A stretch of DNA of 64,000 nucleotides from Octopus sinensis (GCF_006345805.1 NC_043008.1:21762001-21826000); one strand, 5' to 3'. Counted from the first letter of the stretch, positions 25,990 through 39,950 are shown. Numbers and translations: made by a program. Notes: generated by a model not told the origin, from the letters alone.

Positions 25990-26810
25990 TTTCATTATAG
26001 CGTTTCACTTCCTCTCGAGAATGTTTACGTGGGATGCCTTGTCCCCCTAACTTGGAGGATATTATTTTCACATTCTCCCTCCATTTCACATAGACCATCC
26101 ATTATTTTCCATATGTACAGCACTGCATATTTCTCACGTCTCCTCATCAGGGATTGGAGTTTCAGTTCCTTCAGCCTCTTCCAGTAGCCCATGTGTTTTA
26201 CTGAGTCTATCTTATTTGTGTAGTGGCGTTGGGTCACCTCTGGTTTCGCAATTAGTTTTACACTCTCTTGGGATAACAGTTGGGGGCAACAGTTCCTGTG
26301 GGGACAACAGTTCCTGGTCCTTGTTCTGGAGGACCTAAGGATCCAACCTGCCACTCGCCTGCATAGTGTTGCCATCTGAGCAATAAACACATAGAAAGTT
26401 GCGTCGTTGCTCATGTTGATTCCCTGGTCCCGTACCGACCCTGGGATTACATTGACTGCTGTATTTTGTTTGTAGTCTGATAGCGGAGTGCTTGAAATTT
26501 TGCGGCATTGAACTGCATATTATTCTTATCTTCCAATTTATATATTGCGTTCAGGTCATTTTGCAGTCTTAGGATTCAGTAGGATCCTTGACCGCCTGCG
26601 ATACTTTTGTATCATCGGCATAGCTTGCGAATGTGGCTGACTCTGTGACTGTGGGCATGTCCGAGAGAACATCACAAAGCGTAGTGGTCCCAGCACTGTT
26701 CCCTGGGGAACTCTGCTGATGATTGGTGTCACTTCAGTGAGAGCTCCATTTGCTGAGACAGCTTGACTGCTGCCCTTCATGAAATCATGAATCCAATTTT
26801 CGTATTCAGA
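25990..26810 (-). mobile_element. CR1/L2-like LINE reverse transcriptase remnant
   Basis: WIHDFM..SRVPQGTVLGP, YADDTK (frameshifted), RDQGINMSND, YWKRLKELKLQSLMRRRE. Confidence 0.85.
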
Positions 26811-27331
26811 GTTACTCATTTCCAGTTATAAGTTAGTGAGTCGACCCTGCTTTTCTTTTGACGTATTCACAGTTTCAATATTTCTAAATGCGAAATGAAA
26901 GTTTGAAAAAAATGCTTATCCTTATGTCCTTCTGTTTAAAACCCTTGTTAATGGCACATGCAAGAAACAGCTACGTAAGGCTCGAGTTTTGATTTCATTT
27001 CTGATTCTCATGGCAATATTATAAATGTCTTAAGACCATACGAATGAAGTCATTAACCTGCGTTGCTGTTTCAATAATATTTTACAGTTAAGCTTTCAGG
27101 TAATTTCATTTGCTTGATTCTTTATGTGAATTCGTGTGTTGAAGCATATTTTATTGCGTCTGGGTTGGGTAATTCTGTCTTAATGCCTTATTAATTAACA
27201 CATACACAGACACACACCGGTTCGATTTCCACTCATTTACTTTTTTATTTTTTCTAAAATTTTCTTTGCTTCTTGCAACCTCCTCAATATTCTTAATTAA
27301 TGTTTTAAGAAACCACGCGTGTGTATGTTGC

Positions 27332-27389
<58 letters not shown>

Positions 27390-27579
27390 TATACACACAC
27401 ATACACACATATGTTTAATCGTGAAATGATATATAATTTTGAAAGTTAAGTAGCGAGGGAGATTCAGCTCCATGGAACGAATGTAATATTTGTCTTGAAA
27501 AACTGATACTACCTTTTGAAGGAAGACATCCGAATTGGAAAGTGCTATATAGAATGAAATATTTATAGTGTGAATATTA

Positions 27580-27785
27580 CGGTGGTGATCTCGTAGAATC
27601 GATAGCACGCTGGACAAAATACTAAACGGCATTCTTATGGTTTTTCGCTGTGTTCAAATTCCGCCGAGGTCGACTTTGCCTTTTTTTTGCTTTCGGGGTC
27701 GATAAAAGTTTGAGCATGAAGTCGATGTAATTTACTATCCCCTACTCTAAAAATTTCAGGCCTTCTTCTTATAGAAGCAAGAAAA
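27580..27785 (+). mobile_element. Older A-type SINE
   Basis: gttcaaattccgccgaggtcgactttgcc..tttcggggtcgataaa. Confidence 0.75.
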
Positions 27786-28537
27786 AAATTTATGGATAAT
27801 TAGAGAATAATGAAGAGAAGAAAATTTTAGAGGATTGCTTTAATTTACCAGAAAGCTATAATGGTGAGCGGGAAAATAGCAGGCGATGGAGAAATAGTTT
27901 CAATTTTTGATTATTATATAAATGTATAATTTTGTAAATTGTGACATATTAGAAGTGAGTTCCAATGGCAATTAAGGATGCAATATATCTGTAAATGACT
28001 ATATTTTCAAAATAAACGTGACATATAATTAATGACAAAACACGAAAGCCAACAATTGTATAATTCGAATTTAGTGAATTAATCGTGCATCACGATCGTT
28101 TGCGTTTATTCTAGCATTCTACTCAACCGCTCTCGTTTTATGTGTGTAATTTGCTGTATAACACTACACATCCTGCTAGTTGTAATAATTGGAATCACAT
28201 ACATAACACACACATACACACACACATGCACAGAAAGAGCGAGAGAATATGATGAAGAAAGTCAAGATAGTTTATCTAGTTATATGTCTTAAGGGGTGAA
28301 TATATAAGAAAATGAGGAATCGATATATAATAGATTATAAAATATCTAATTTAGTAGTAAGTGAAAATAGGAACTAAGCTGAATGTAGTAGGTTTAAGTA
28401 TAGCATGGAATAAATTAAAATGAAGTAAAGTAACAATAAAATTAGAGTTATTTAATTATGGCGGTGCTTGATAAATGCGTAGAAGATATTAAATTTAGAC
28501 ATTTTCTGTAGGAAAAGGCTTATATACATATATCTAT

Positions 28538-28572
<35 letters not shown>

Positions 28573-28629
28573 AATACATACATATATATATATATATGTA
28601 TGTATCTCTCTCTCTCACTCTCTCTCTCA

Positions 28630-28662
<33 letters not shown>

Positions 28663-29617
28663 CATAACTTTTTAATACTTTTTGATAGTTATATATATTT
28701 TTAAAAAATAAAATAAAAAATTAAAAATAAAAATAAAAATAATAATAATAATAATAATATATATATATATAAATATTTATAAGTATAAATTAATAATTTT
28801 AAAATCTTTTTAATTTTAACTTTAAATTTAAATAATTTAAATTTTGAATTTTATATTTTATATACTCTGTATATTATATTTATTAATTTATTTCTATGTT
28901 TTGGTTTATGTTTTTCACTGTTTGATTTGCCTAATAGTGGTTTTATCTCCAATTTAATATATATATTTATATATACATACATATACAACTGAATTGAAAT
29001 GACATAATTGAAACGCTGTGGGAGGCATGTACGATTTGTTTTGGGGGGTTTTGGGAGGGGCGGTATTGTTGTTGATTTCTTTTTTCAATTTGATTTAATA
29101 TTAGGAAGAAAGTTATTAACGTGTATGAAAATATCTGAAGTTATTTTTCAAATGCTAAATCATTATTAATTTCTGACTTTCTATTAAATGGGATTTCTAA
29201 TAATACTCCAGCAATATTAACGCGTAAGTGGTTTTAAAAATAAATATATAAAGTATAAAAAATGTTCTTATAGAGTTAGCTTAATTATAGACTTCTGTAC
29301 TCAATATATAGTTGAATACATTGGGGATCTGGGTAGTTGTAATTTTTCATTTGAAAGTAAATGATGATACTCTATGGGAATTGCTGATTTAAACCTGGTT
29401 ATCCACACGTCCTCTATAAATAAAATGAATTTACTTCTTGTGGACTTATTTCTTGTGAATATTCAGTTCAATGTTGGATTTAGGAGATGCAATGATATGA
29501 GGAGGGAAAGGAGTTACGATTAAAGAGTTTAATGCAGGTACATATACTATATTGATTTGTTAGTCTAATGTAAAGATAGCCATAGATTAAATTGACGTCT
29601 CAGACAGCGCATAATTA

Positions 29618-29790
29618 TCCTTTCCATTAAAGTCACAAGGCCTGAAATTTTGGGAGAGGAGACTAGTCGATTACATCGAACCTAATATTTGACTGGTGCT
29701 TAATTTATCGAACGCCAAAGGATGAAAGGCAAAGTCGACCACGACGGAATTTGAACTCAGAACGTAACGACGGACCAAATACCGCTAAGT
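29618..29790 (-). mobile_element. Older A-type SINE, truncated
   Basis: ggatgaaaggcaaagtcgacc..ggaatttgaactcagaacg. Confidence 0.8.
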
Positions 29791-29791
29791 A

Positions 29792-29945
29792 TGTAGCAAA
29801 AGAGGTTGTGTGGGGGACGCAACTGAAAGGGTTAAAGACACGTACCTTCCTCTTTGGCCAAGACCTCATTAACATTTTCAGGTTCCATCTGAAAAGGAAT
29901 GTGAGGCTGGAGAGGGAGGTACTGTCACCCACGAGGTTCGTTGAA

Positions 29946-30029
<84 letters not shown>

Positions 30030-30098
30030 AATAATGATAATAATAATAATAATAATAATAATAATATAATAATAATAATAATATATGATGATGATGAT

Positions 30099-30135
<37 letters not shown>

Positions 30136-30151
30136 AATAATGATAATAATG

Positions 30152-30196
<45 letters not shown>

Positions 30197-30250
30197 GTAA
30201 TAATAATAGTAATAATTAAAAAAATAATAATAATGATGATGATGATGATA

Positions 30251-30281
<31 letters not shown>

Positions 30282-30610
30282 TAATTCTTTCTTTATTTAC
30301 CACCAGGGCCGAACACAAAACATAAGCATGAACGGGCCTACTCTAAGTGCGCGCCTTTAGGCCGGAAGGAAAAGAGAAGAAAGGATGCCTTCCTGGGGAG
30401 CCGTTGGTGTTAAGGTGTCTAAAGCGCGTAAGGTCTCTTTGGTCACCTTAAGGTGGAACTCCCCTCCCTAATGGGGAAACATTGTTAATTTAATCTTTTT
30501 GTTAATGGTTCTGTTTGTTGGCTGTTTACACGTTTAACCCCACTGTTCCTCGTCTGTGTATCGTCCTGTATGTTTTGCGTTCGGCCCAGATGGTAAATAA
30601 ATAAAGAATT
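29792..30610 (+). mobile_element. Tx1/L1-like LINE 3' end split by a microsatellite (29947-30284), with an inverted copy of its own tail
   Basis: AKEVVWGTQLKGLKTRTFLFGQDLINIFRFHLKRNVRLEREVLS, resuming as MNGPTLSARL*; 3' UTR ends ggtaaataaataaagaa; 30285-30323 is an imperfect reverse complement of about 30567-30608. Confidence 0.65.
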
Positions 30611-30644
30611 ATCATTATCATTATCATCATTATTATTATTTATA

Positions 30645-31052
30645 TAGGTGCAGGAGTGACTGTGTGGTAAGTAGCTTGCTTACCAACCACATGGTTCCGG
30701 GTTCAGTCCCTCTGCGTGGCACCTTGGGCAAGTGTCTTCTACTATAGCCTCGGGCCAACCAAAGCCTTGTGAGTGGATTTGGTAAACGGAAACTGAAAGA
30801 AGCCCGTCTTTTATATGTATATATATATGTGTATGTGAATGTGTGTATAAATGTTGTGTATCTGTGTTTGTCCCCCCAATATCGCTTGACAACCGATGGT
30901 GGTGTGTTTAGGCCCTGTAACTAGCGGTTCGGCAAAAGAGACCGATATAATAAGTACTAGGCTTACAAAGAATAATTCCTGGGGTCGATTTGATTCGACT
31001 AAAGGCGGTGCTCCAGCATGGCCGCAGTCAAATGACTGAAACAAGTAAAAGA
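30645..31052 (+). mobile_element. SINE family B, full length
   Basis: taggtgcaggagtgactgtgtggtaag...gaaacaagtaaaaga. Confidence 0.92.
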
Positions 31053-31499
31053 TTATTATTGTTGTTGTTGCTGTTGTTGTCGACTGCAGGTGCCGAATGT
31101 ATGTTTCGATCGTTCATCGGTTCGCTACCCTATAGCGCCTTGGAGACGACTCTTTCATTACGCACGGTGTTAAAACATCTGAAAGTCATAGAGAAGCAAC
31201 ACAACTCGCCTCCGATCGAATTCAGCAGTGATGAATATTGACATTTCGCCGTTTTTTGTAGTTAATCAACAACACGTACCTGAATCAAACCGGAGACGAA
31301 TCGAATCGCCAGTCTATTGCCATTTATAAATAGTGCAACTACACCACAGCGAACCGGTGAACAAAAAAAGTCTATTCATTAAGTATTTATGGTCGATAAA
31401 GTCTACAACACTAGCGCTGCATTTAATTCTTTATAGAATTTAATCTTACATATACATCGTCGTAGCATACCAGCAAATAAGTTATACACTATATAGGCA

Positions 31500-31870
31500 T
31501 AGTGGCTTACATCGTCCCTAGTGCTCAACTCGTACTTAATTTAATTCGTCCCAGAAAGTATGAAAGGCAAAGATGACCTCGGCGAAATTTGAAATCAGAA
31601 AGCTGGACAAAATACTGCTAAGTAATTTACCGAGACGCTGAGGATTCTGTGAAGTAGCAGTCTTAATAATAGTTTCTGATTTAAGCATGAGACCGGCAAT
31701 CTTTGTAAAAAAAAATTGATATCAGAAAAATTCTGGTACGATATTTTATAGCCCTCGGAGCAATGATTGGCAAATTTAACTTCGGCAGGATTTGAACTCA
31801 GTGTGGAAATAGCCGGAAAAGTACGCCAAAGCACTACGTCTCATCAGCTAATAATTCTGCCAACTCAGTA
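31500..31870 (-). mobile_element. Two old A-type SINE remnants
   Basis: Decayed family A motifs. Confidence 0.6.
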
Positions 31871-32055
31871 GAAAGGATTATATATGTACATAGATATATG
31901 TATCTGCGTGTGAGTGTGTATGTGTGTATGTGTGTATGTGTGTGTTTTGTGTATTGTATATACGTGTATTACATTTGTATACACTCATATACAAATGCCT
32001 ATATTACTCCTTGTATCATACATATTCATATGTATTCATGTACTACATACTTGAA

Positions 32056-32102
<47 letters not shown>

Positions 32103-32195
32103 TATATTCCACTTTTGCTTTTTCCCAATAACATTTGACTTGTATGGATTCTTAACTCCCTTTTTAACTATACGTATATATACATACATACATAA

Positions 32196-32232
<37 letters not shown>

Positions 32233-32595
32233 CGTACGTACGTACGTACATACATACATACATACATACGTACATACATACATACATACATACATACATA
32301 CATACATACATACATACTTATATGCATATATACATATATATATATATGTGTCCGTGTCCATATACACAAGTATATGTGTACGTCACTGTGTATGTACAAG
32401 CATATAGTGTAGAGATATAATATATTGTACAGAAAATATTTTGTCAAAGTAAATCTTACTCCTAACGATTTCTGATACTCCAAGGCCAAATATAGACAAA
32501 ACCAATTTAACGCTGATATATAATTTTTGCATTTTTTTGCAAACACAAAGAAATATACCATTGATATCTCTTTATCTATTTACTGAAAGTTTCAA

Positions 32596-32695
32596 NNNNN
32601 NNNNNNNNNNNNNNNNNNNNNNNNNNNNNNNNNNNNNNNNNNNNNNNNNNNNNNNNNNNNNNNNNNNNNNNNNNNNNNNNNNNNNNNNNNNNNNN
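32596..32695. other. Assembly gap (100 N)
   Basis: Direct; true size unknown. Confidence 1.
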
Positions 32696-32987
32696 AAAAG
32701 AGCCAGTGCATTGAGAATTCATTGCATCGTCAATGAATATCAAAATCCCAAAATATTGAATATTAAAGAGTTTTGCTCATAGTTTATTTTATCTTTCTTC
32801 CAGTTTAAAATACTATTATCTTTTAACTACATTATTTAGCAATGCTGTTTTTAAAAATAACATTGATGTGTTTATATATTATATTATATATATATATATT
32901 ATATATATAGATATATATCTATATATATATATCTTATATATACTATTTTTGTTTCATCAAGATGGATGAACACTAACGGTCAATGTG

Positions 32988-33044
32988 CAGACTTGATAAT
33001 TGTTGAGGGAAATCTCCCTCAACATGAAACCAACGGTAGGTTTG
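32988..33044 (+). ncRNA. Type I hammerhead-like motif, U3-A8 core variant, long stem II
   Basis: CAGAC-UUGAUAA-U-UGUUGAGGGA(AAUC)UCCCUCAACA-U-GAAACC(AAC)GGU-A-GGUUUG; stem I needs a 1-nt bulge; inside a ~150-bp insert between (TA)n tracts. Confidence 0.6.
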
Positions 33045-33121
33045 TTAACCCACAGAAAAAAATATGTATCACCAATGCAGTGTTGAACACTATATATATA
33101 TATAGAAAGTGAGAGGAAAAT

Positions 33122-33172
<51 letters not shown>

Positions 33173-33772
33173 TGTGTGTGTGTGTGAGCAAACTTGATAT
33201 TTTATAATTGAATTTTTTTAATTGCCATTGAAATGTGAATCCTTTTCTCTGTGAAAAGGAATGATATATCATTCAAATGATGTTTAGCGATGTATTTATT
33301 CTGTGGATAAAAAACGCATGACGATGAAGCTATCCACTATACATACACGGTATGTCGATGAACATACGATGCATGGTTCAGGATGAAATCGCATTGTGAT
33401 GTATTTACCACAATATAATAAGCAGGGAATTTATCGGACATCCGTAAAGCGTTGGTCGTAGTGATGTTGCTTTCGTTATTAGTTATTGCGGTAGATAATT
33501 CTTCTTTTAAGGGTGTTAGAGACAGGGTATGTCACGCATTCTTGTTTTTCATGGGGGAAAGAAAATCCTTAAATGATTCGTGGTTCCACAGTTGTAGAAG
33601 TTTTGTCTCCTACCCTCCAGTCTCACATGAGCTAGAATGTTACTCTTGAAGCAACTGGAGTCAGGTCTGCAGGTATTCTGTGTAGCAATACGTGATAAGT
33701 TGTTTCCAGCTGCATCTGATCCGCCTCCGGATTGTCTCAGTATGTTTTTTGCCGACGCTTACCGACAAAAGT

Positions 33773-34017
33773 AAGAGCAAGACACTTTATTTCACGCTGC
33801 ACCAGTTCACACAGATGCAGGATTTAGTTGCAACGTCAGTAGTGCCGAGCTGTAACGGCCCATGTCTTTCCCTTGGACAGCATCGCTTTTATGGAGAGGG
33901 GAGGCAAGGCGACTCCTGCTCTGCCATAGACAACCGTGCTCGGGCTTGTGTCTTGGATTGGAGCATTCTATGTGCAATACCATGATCATTCATAACCGAA
34001 GGGGGTCTTTACCTTTT
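33773..34017 (+). mobile_element. 5'-truncated, diverged SINE family E
   Basis: Homologous to 48765-49110; ends ccgaagggggtctttacc. Confidence 0.8.
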
Positions 34018-34699
34018 ATCGACAAAGGTCATAAAAATTACTAGGAAAACTGAAAAGCTGGTGTTCTACGAATAAAGTCCCTTGGATTATTTGTTCCGCA
34101 TTAAGTCACACACAAGCCCTTGTCATTTACACCACCAGAAGTGTTATTTGAACTTTGCAAACCTACAACCAACATAGCTATTGCTCACTTAGCACTACAT
34201 AAAATAAATACATTAAGAAACCTCCTCGATCTTGTGTTGATCTGGGGCCAATCAATAATAACAGGAATAACAATATAACAGCAGTAAAAAAAACTCTACA
34301 GCATCGATCTTATCAGAGACATCGCGAGTCCCATTTGTCACTTGCTTGATGTTATTCGTGTGGCTTTGTGTTTTATTTAATGTAATCTGACATGTTCCAT
34401 ACAAGCCTAAAATAGTGTTTATTGCGTTATGCTGTCTACAATGACATATTCGGTTCCGATTCAAGCAACTGAGTCATTAATATAATTTCATATTGTCGCG
34501 TGTTGGATTAAGAAAATGGAGGAGGCAAATTATACACAAAAAAAAGAAGAGGAAAGAGAGAAAGCAAACTCCAACATCCACGGGGTTTTCATCGTTTATA
34601 TACATATATAAATATGTATATGTTCTTGAGTAGCAGCCATGATAAAAAACTGCCATAGTTAAAGTAACACTAGATCACTGTCTTCTATGTACACCCACA

Positions 34700-34760
34700 C
34701 ACATATATATATACGGGTACATATGTATATACATATATAATAACACAAACATACACACAC

Positions 34761-34809
<49 letters not shown>

Positions 34810-34876
34810 TATATCTACATGTATATATATGCATACACATATCTCTATATATGTACATATATACATACATATATAG

Positions 34877-34910
<34 letters not shown>

Positions 34911-35102
34911 GATATATATATATATATACATATATACATGCATACATTTATACAAATTAATATATATATGTGTGTGTATATCTCTAAATTTATACACCCA
35001 CATATATTTATGTGTGTATGTAATAACATATATATATATATATATATATCATTGTAATATATATATGTATATAATATACATGTATATATATATGCATACA
35101 CA

Positions 35103-35133
<31 letters not shown>

Positions 35134-35248
35134 ATATATATATATATATGTTATATATACATACATACATTTAGAAAACATAATATATGTATGTGTGTGT
35201 ATTTATAAATTTATACACACCACATATTTGATTGTTGTATGTATGTAT

Positions 35249-35282
<34 letters not shown>

Positions 35283-35286
35283 ATAT

Positions 35287-35349
<63 letters not shown>

Positions 35350-35360
35350 TTATATAATGT
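34700..35360. repeat. (TA)n/(CA)n/(TATC)n low-complexity block
   Basis: Direct. Confidence 0.9.
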
Positions 35361-36486
35361 CGAAATGTGCAGAAGAAGAAAGAAAAGAGCGTTAGGAGGC
35401 AAAAGACAATAACTTTACAACAGAGACGCTACATTCATAGTTGTATATTCTCCGCGCTGTCAATTTTTTGACAAACTAATTATTGTATTTCTCTGCCGAT
35501 ATTTTCGTTAGTAAATTGATTTTTTCTTGTCTTTTTCCGATAGCGAAATAGAAAACGAGAAGAATGTGTGTGGGATAGAAATATAAATGGACATCATTTT
35601 GTAGTCACGAGATTTTTATCATAAATTGCATTAGTACCAATACTTCCATAGTGATTGATAAAGTGCATTATATTAATTACGTACGACCGTTTAAATACTG
35701 TGTTCAAAATCTAACAGGATTGATTGTTACCGTATTTTATGCTCCAGGGGCATATGATCGATTGCTGGAAGTGATAAAATACGTCAATCTAAACCAATGT
35801 TAGAAACTGGATAATAAGTTGACTGGCAGAATCGGTAGAATGTGGGACAAAATTTAATTTATATTCACTGTTCAAATCTCACCGGTTTGTCTTTACCTTC
35901 CGATCTTTCTGGGGGTGATAAAAACACTAACAATAAAATTCATGTTTTCATTTAGCAAGTGTTTGTTTCCAAAAGAAAACTAGTTAAATAAAAATCTGTG
36001 ATAAATGAACGACAGAACAAATGGCGGGAGGAAGGTTTCCTTTCCAGACGCCAGAGTGTCTTGAACATTGTGGAGTGTTGCTGGGATGCGCTTTTGCAGT
36101 CTAAGTAGAGCCTTGGTATTACAGATCAATTTGTGATAAGCCTAACATGGTTATCAATTGACATACGATGAATGAACGAATCATGGAGAAACGAGGACAG
36201 CTGTACTGGCATACGTTTTAACAACTATACTTCTATCTACGAAACATTTCATCCTGTGTTTTCCAACATTACAAATCATTATTAATACTACGAGAAACAC
36301 TGTCCTCCAGTGAGTTTACATATATAAACATATCTAGCTATACATATGTGTGTATGTATGTATGTATGTATGTATGTATGTATGTATGTATGTATGTATG
36401 TATGTATGTATGTATGTATGTATGTATGTATGTATGTATGTATGTATGTATATAGTATTAATAAAGTAGGCGATGGAATGTGTGTG

Positions 36487-36524
<38 letters not shown>

Positions 36525-36911
36525 TCGGTTTTCTTGTACACAAATGTTCATTATCACTTTGCGTCATTTCATATTTAAGACTGGAATTTGTGGTTCGTGC
36601 GAAATTGTTCATCAATTTCTTTTAGTTCGATCGACCACACATCAAAATTTTATGGCTATATACATACATTTTATACAAACTGTCAATACTGTCAATATTT
36701 GACATCAGTGCCGTTTATCGATATTACATTGTCGGAAGAATTAATTCCGAAGGACCCAACTTAAGTATTTGGAAGATAGAAACTCCTAAAGTAGCGAAAT
36801 ATGAAATGAAAACAAACAAAATTTTACAGAAATAAGTATTTATAAGAATGATCAATATCCTTACTATATGCGAACAATAATTTCGTAACTTCTCAAAAAA
36901 TTTTTTTCACC

Positions 36912-37210
36912 CTTTTCAAGCGTAGCCAGGCTCATGGGCCCGGTTTCCCGGTTTCTGTGGCGTATGTGTTCCCCCCAGCTGGACGGGACGCCTGTCCATC
37001 GCAGCGTTACTCAAGAAGCAGGAAGAGAGAGTGAGAGAAAGTTGTGGTGAAAGAATACAGCAGGGATCACCACCACCCCCTGCTGGAGCCTCGTGGAACA
37101 TTTAGGTGTTTTCGCTGAATAAACACACACAACGCCCAGTCAGGGAATCGAAACCACAATCCTCCGACCGCGAGTCCGCTGCCCTAACCACTGGGCCATT
37201 GTGCCTCCAC
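36912..37210 (-). mobile_element. SINE family D
   Basis: tRNA-like head gtggaggcacaatggcccagtggttagg..ggtttcgattccc; related to 7683-7978. Confidence 0.85.
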
Positions 37211-38135
37211 TAAAATTATCATTATTGACATAACAATATGATAACTACAACGTTAGTTAGACGCACACAAATGACAAAGAAGTGACTCTAGGATTAAAGA
37301 TTCTAGGATTAAAGTTAAGACTCTAGGAAACAGATGGTAGAAGATCATCCTGAATGAAGAGTGTGAAGTTTTTGACTTTAAGGTGGTCCTCAAAAGGAGC
37401 AATGCTATAACATTTTATGAAAATGCTTTGAAATTAGAATTTTTGAGATTATCATTCTAGATTGATGCAATAATTTACTCCCTATGAATAGATTTTATTA
37501 GAGATAGAGTGTGATAGCATTTTACTGAATGGAACTTTCTATTGTTTAAATAGGAGAAATGAAAATGGAAAAGTGTCTTGGCTTGGAGGTGTGCTGAACG
37601 CAAACGGGGACGTCTCATCTACGTTAACAGACATTTGTATGGAATGCCAACGTTATTTTGTTTTAATTTCATTAAGAATTGCAACAAAAGGTAAAACTTC
37701 AATATTCTTTTAGTTTAAAAAGTAAATCATTTTTGTAGAATTGCAAAATACAATAACAAAAGATAATTAAATGTTGAATAAAACAGGTTTAAGTGTAGGA
37801 ATTTAATACATTAAAACTTCATCAATAAAGAACGCAAAAGAATATTGTTAAAATTCAATTTCACATTTTGTGCAACAAAACTTATATATTTTTAAAAAGC
37901 ACAAAATACAAGGAGGCAGATGGTCGTCTGCATCAACATACATTGTGTTTATTGCTACGTAAATAGAATTATTTAAACTACGCTTATGTTATTTGTTTTG
38001 CAAAATTCTTGATGTGAAAACATTTGTTGAAACACATATTGTTATGCTTAGAGATAGTCGTATTTTGCCAATTAAGCACACTCACTATTTATTCGATCTT
38101 CACTTTAGTTTTTATTCATATCATTTTTATATAAT

Positions 38136-38237
38136 TTCTTTCGTCACACATCTGTGACCTCTTCCGTGATTCTCTGTCCCACATATCACATGAGACAAAG
38201 AGTCACAGAAAAAATCACAGAATGTGTGACGAAAGAA
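38136..38237. repeat. ~100-bp imperfect palindrome with a decayed hammerhead-like core
   Basis: ttctttcgtcacaca...tgtgtgacgaaagaa; left arm on minus reads CGGAAGA-G-GUCAC(AGAUGU)GUGAC-GAAA. Confidence 0.55.
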
Positions 38238-38256
38238 CTTTGACAGACAAATAAAC

Positions 38257-38300
<44 letters not shown>

Positions 38301-38337
38301 GTAATGGTAATGGTAATGATAGTGATAATAATAATGG

Positions 38338-38376
<39 letters not shown>

Positions 38377-38377
38377 C

Positions 38378-39327
38378 CTTTCTACTTATTTCTTTATTTC
38401 TTTACTACCTACAAGGAGCTAAACACAGAGGGGACAAACAAGGACAGACAAACGGATTAAGTCGATTACATTGACCCTAATGCGTAACTGGTACTTATTT
38501 AATCGACCCCGAAAGGATGAAAGGTAAAGTCGACCTCGGCGAAATTTGAACTCAGAACATAGCGGCAGACAAAATACCACTAAGCATTTCGCCCGGAATT
38601 TGAACTCAGAACGCAACGGCGGACGAAATATGGCTAAGCATTTCGCCCAGCGTGCTAATGTCTCTGCCAGCTCGCCGCCTTAACACGCATATTCTTTTCT
38701 ACTCTAGGCACAAGGCCCGAAATTTCGGAGGAGGTAGGGCAGTCGATTACATCAACCCCAACCCCAGTACGCAACTGGTACTTAGTTTATCGACCTCGAA
38801 AGGATGAAAGGCAAAGTCGACCTCGGCGGAATTTGAACTCAGAACGCAGCGGCGGACGAAATACCTATTTCTTTATTATCCACAAGGGGCTAAACATAGA
38901 GGGGACAAACAAGGACAGACTTAGGTATTAAGTCGATTACATCGACCCCAGTGCGTAACTGGTGCTTAATTTATCGACCCCGAAAGGATGAAAGGCAAAG
39001 TCGACCTCGGCGGAATTTGAACTCAGAACGTAACGGTAGACGAAATACCGCAATGCATTTCGCCCGGCGTGCTAACGCTTCTCCCAGCTCGCCGCCTTAA
39101 CAAGCATATTAATTATGCTTTCTACTATAGGAACAAGGCCTGATATTTTGGTGAAGATGACTAGACGATTACATCGACCCTAGTGTTTCACTGGTACTTA
39201 TTAATCGACTCCGAAAGGAGGAAAGGCAAAGTCGATCTCAGCGGAATTTGAACTCAGAACGTAAAGACAGACGAAATACCGCTAAGCATTATGCCTGTCA
39301 TGTTAACAATTCTACCAGCTCGCCGCA
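38378..39327 (-). mobile_element. Cluster of five or more family A SINE units
   Basis: Repeated A cores; the 13-mer taaca(c/a)gcatatt occurs at 38681, 39098 and 39329. Confidence 0.9.
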
Positions 39328-39906
39328 TTAACACGCATATTAATAGTGTTAGGAATTACTGAGAGTTCTATGTCCAGTATAAATAATTAGAGATTGAGTG
39401 ACGCTGCTGGTGCTTCCAAGAGATAGAACTCTGTACATCAGCGAACATGATTTATGCAGGATAACCTTTCGTCTGACACTGAACCAGTCTCTTCAAATAA
39501 ATATCTGCTGGATAGCATTCACTATGTTCTTCTCCATTGCATCATTAATGTGCCCTGGCTTACAACACACAGACATTCTTTTATTTGATTCTCTTATTCT
39601 TTTTTTTTTTTCAATAATTTTACCTAGAGAGCTGCGAAATTCTCATATACATACGTACACACACACACATGCATATATACACTCATACACACATACACAG
39701 ACACACACACATACACACACGTACACACACATATATATATATACGCATACATAAGTGTATGTGTACTGTTTGCAGATGTATTAGATGTTACTCACAATGC
39801 AATTATATATATATCATATATTATATATATTATATATAATATATATATATATTATATCTGTCCGTCTTGTGTATGAGAGTTCTGTGTATGTATCAGTTTA
39901 TCAATA

Positions 39907-39950
<44 letters not shown>

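Noticed and set aside
28660-28900. Almost pure A/T stretch
   Set aside because: No structure; may be decayed microsatellite or low-quality consensus.
38378-39327. Regularly recurring repeats suggestive of a CRISPR-like array
   Set aside because: Units are ~200-bp SINEs in a eukaryotic context; no spacers or cas genes.
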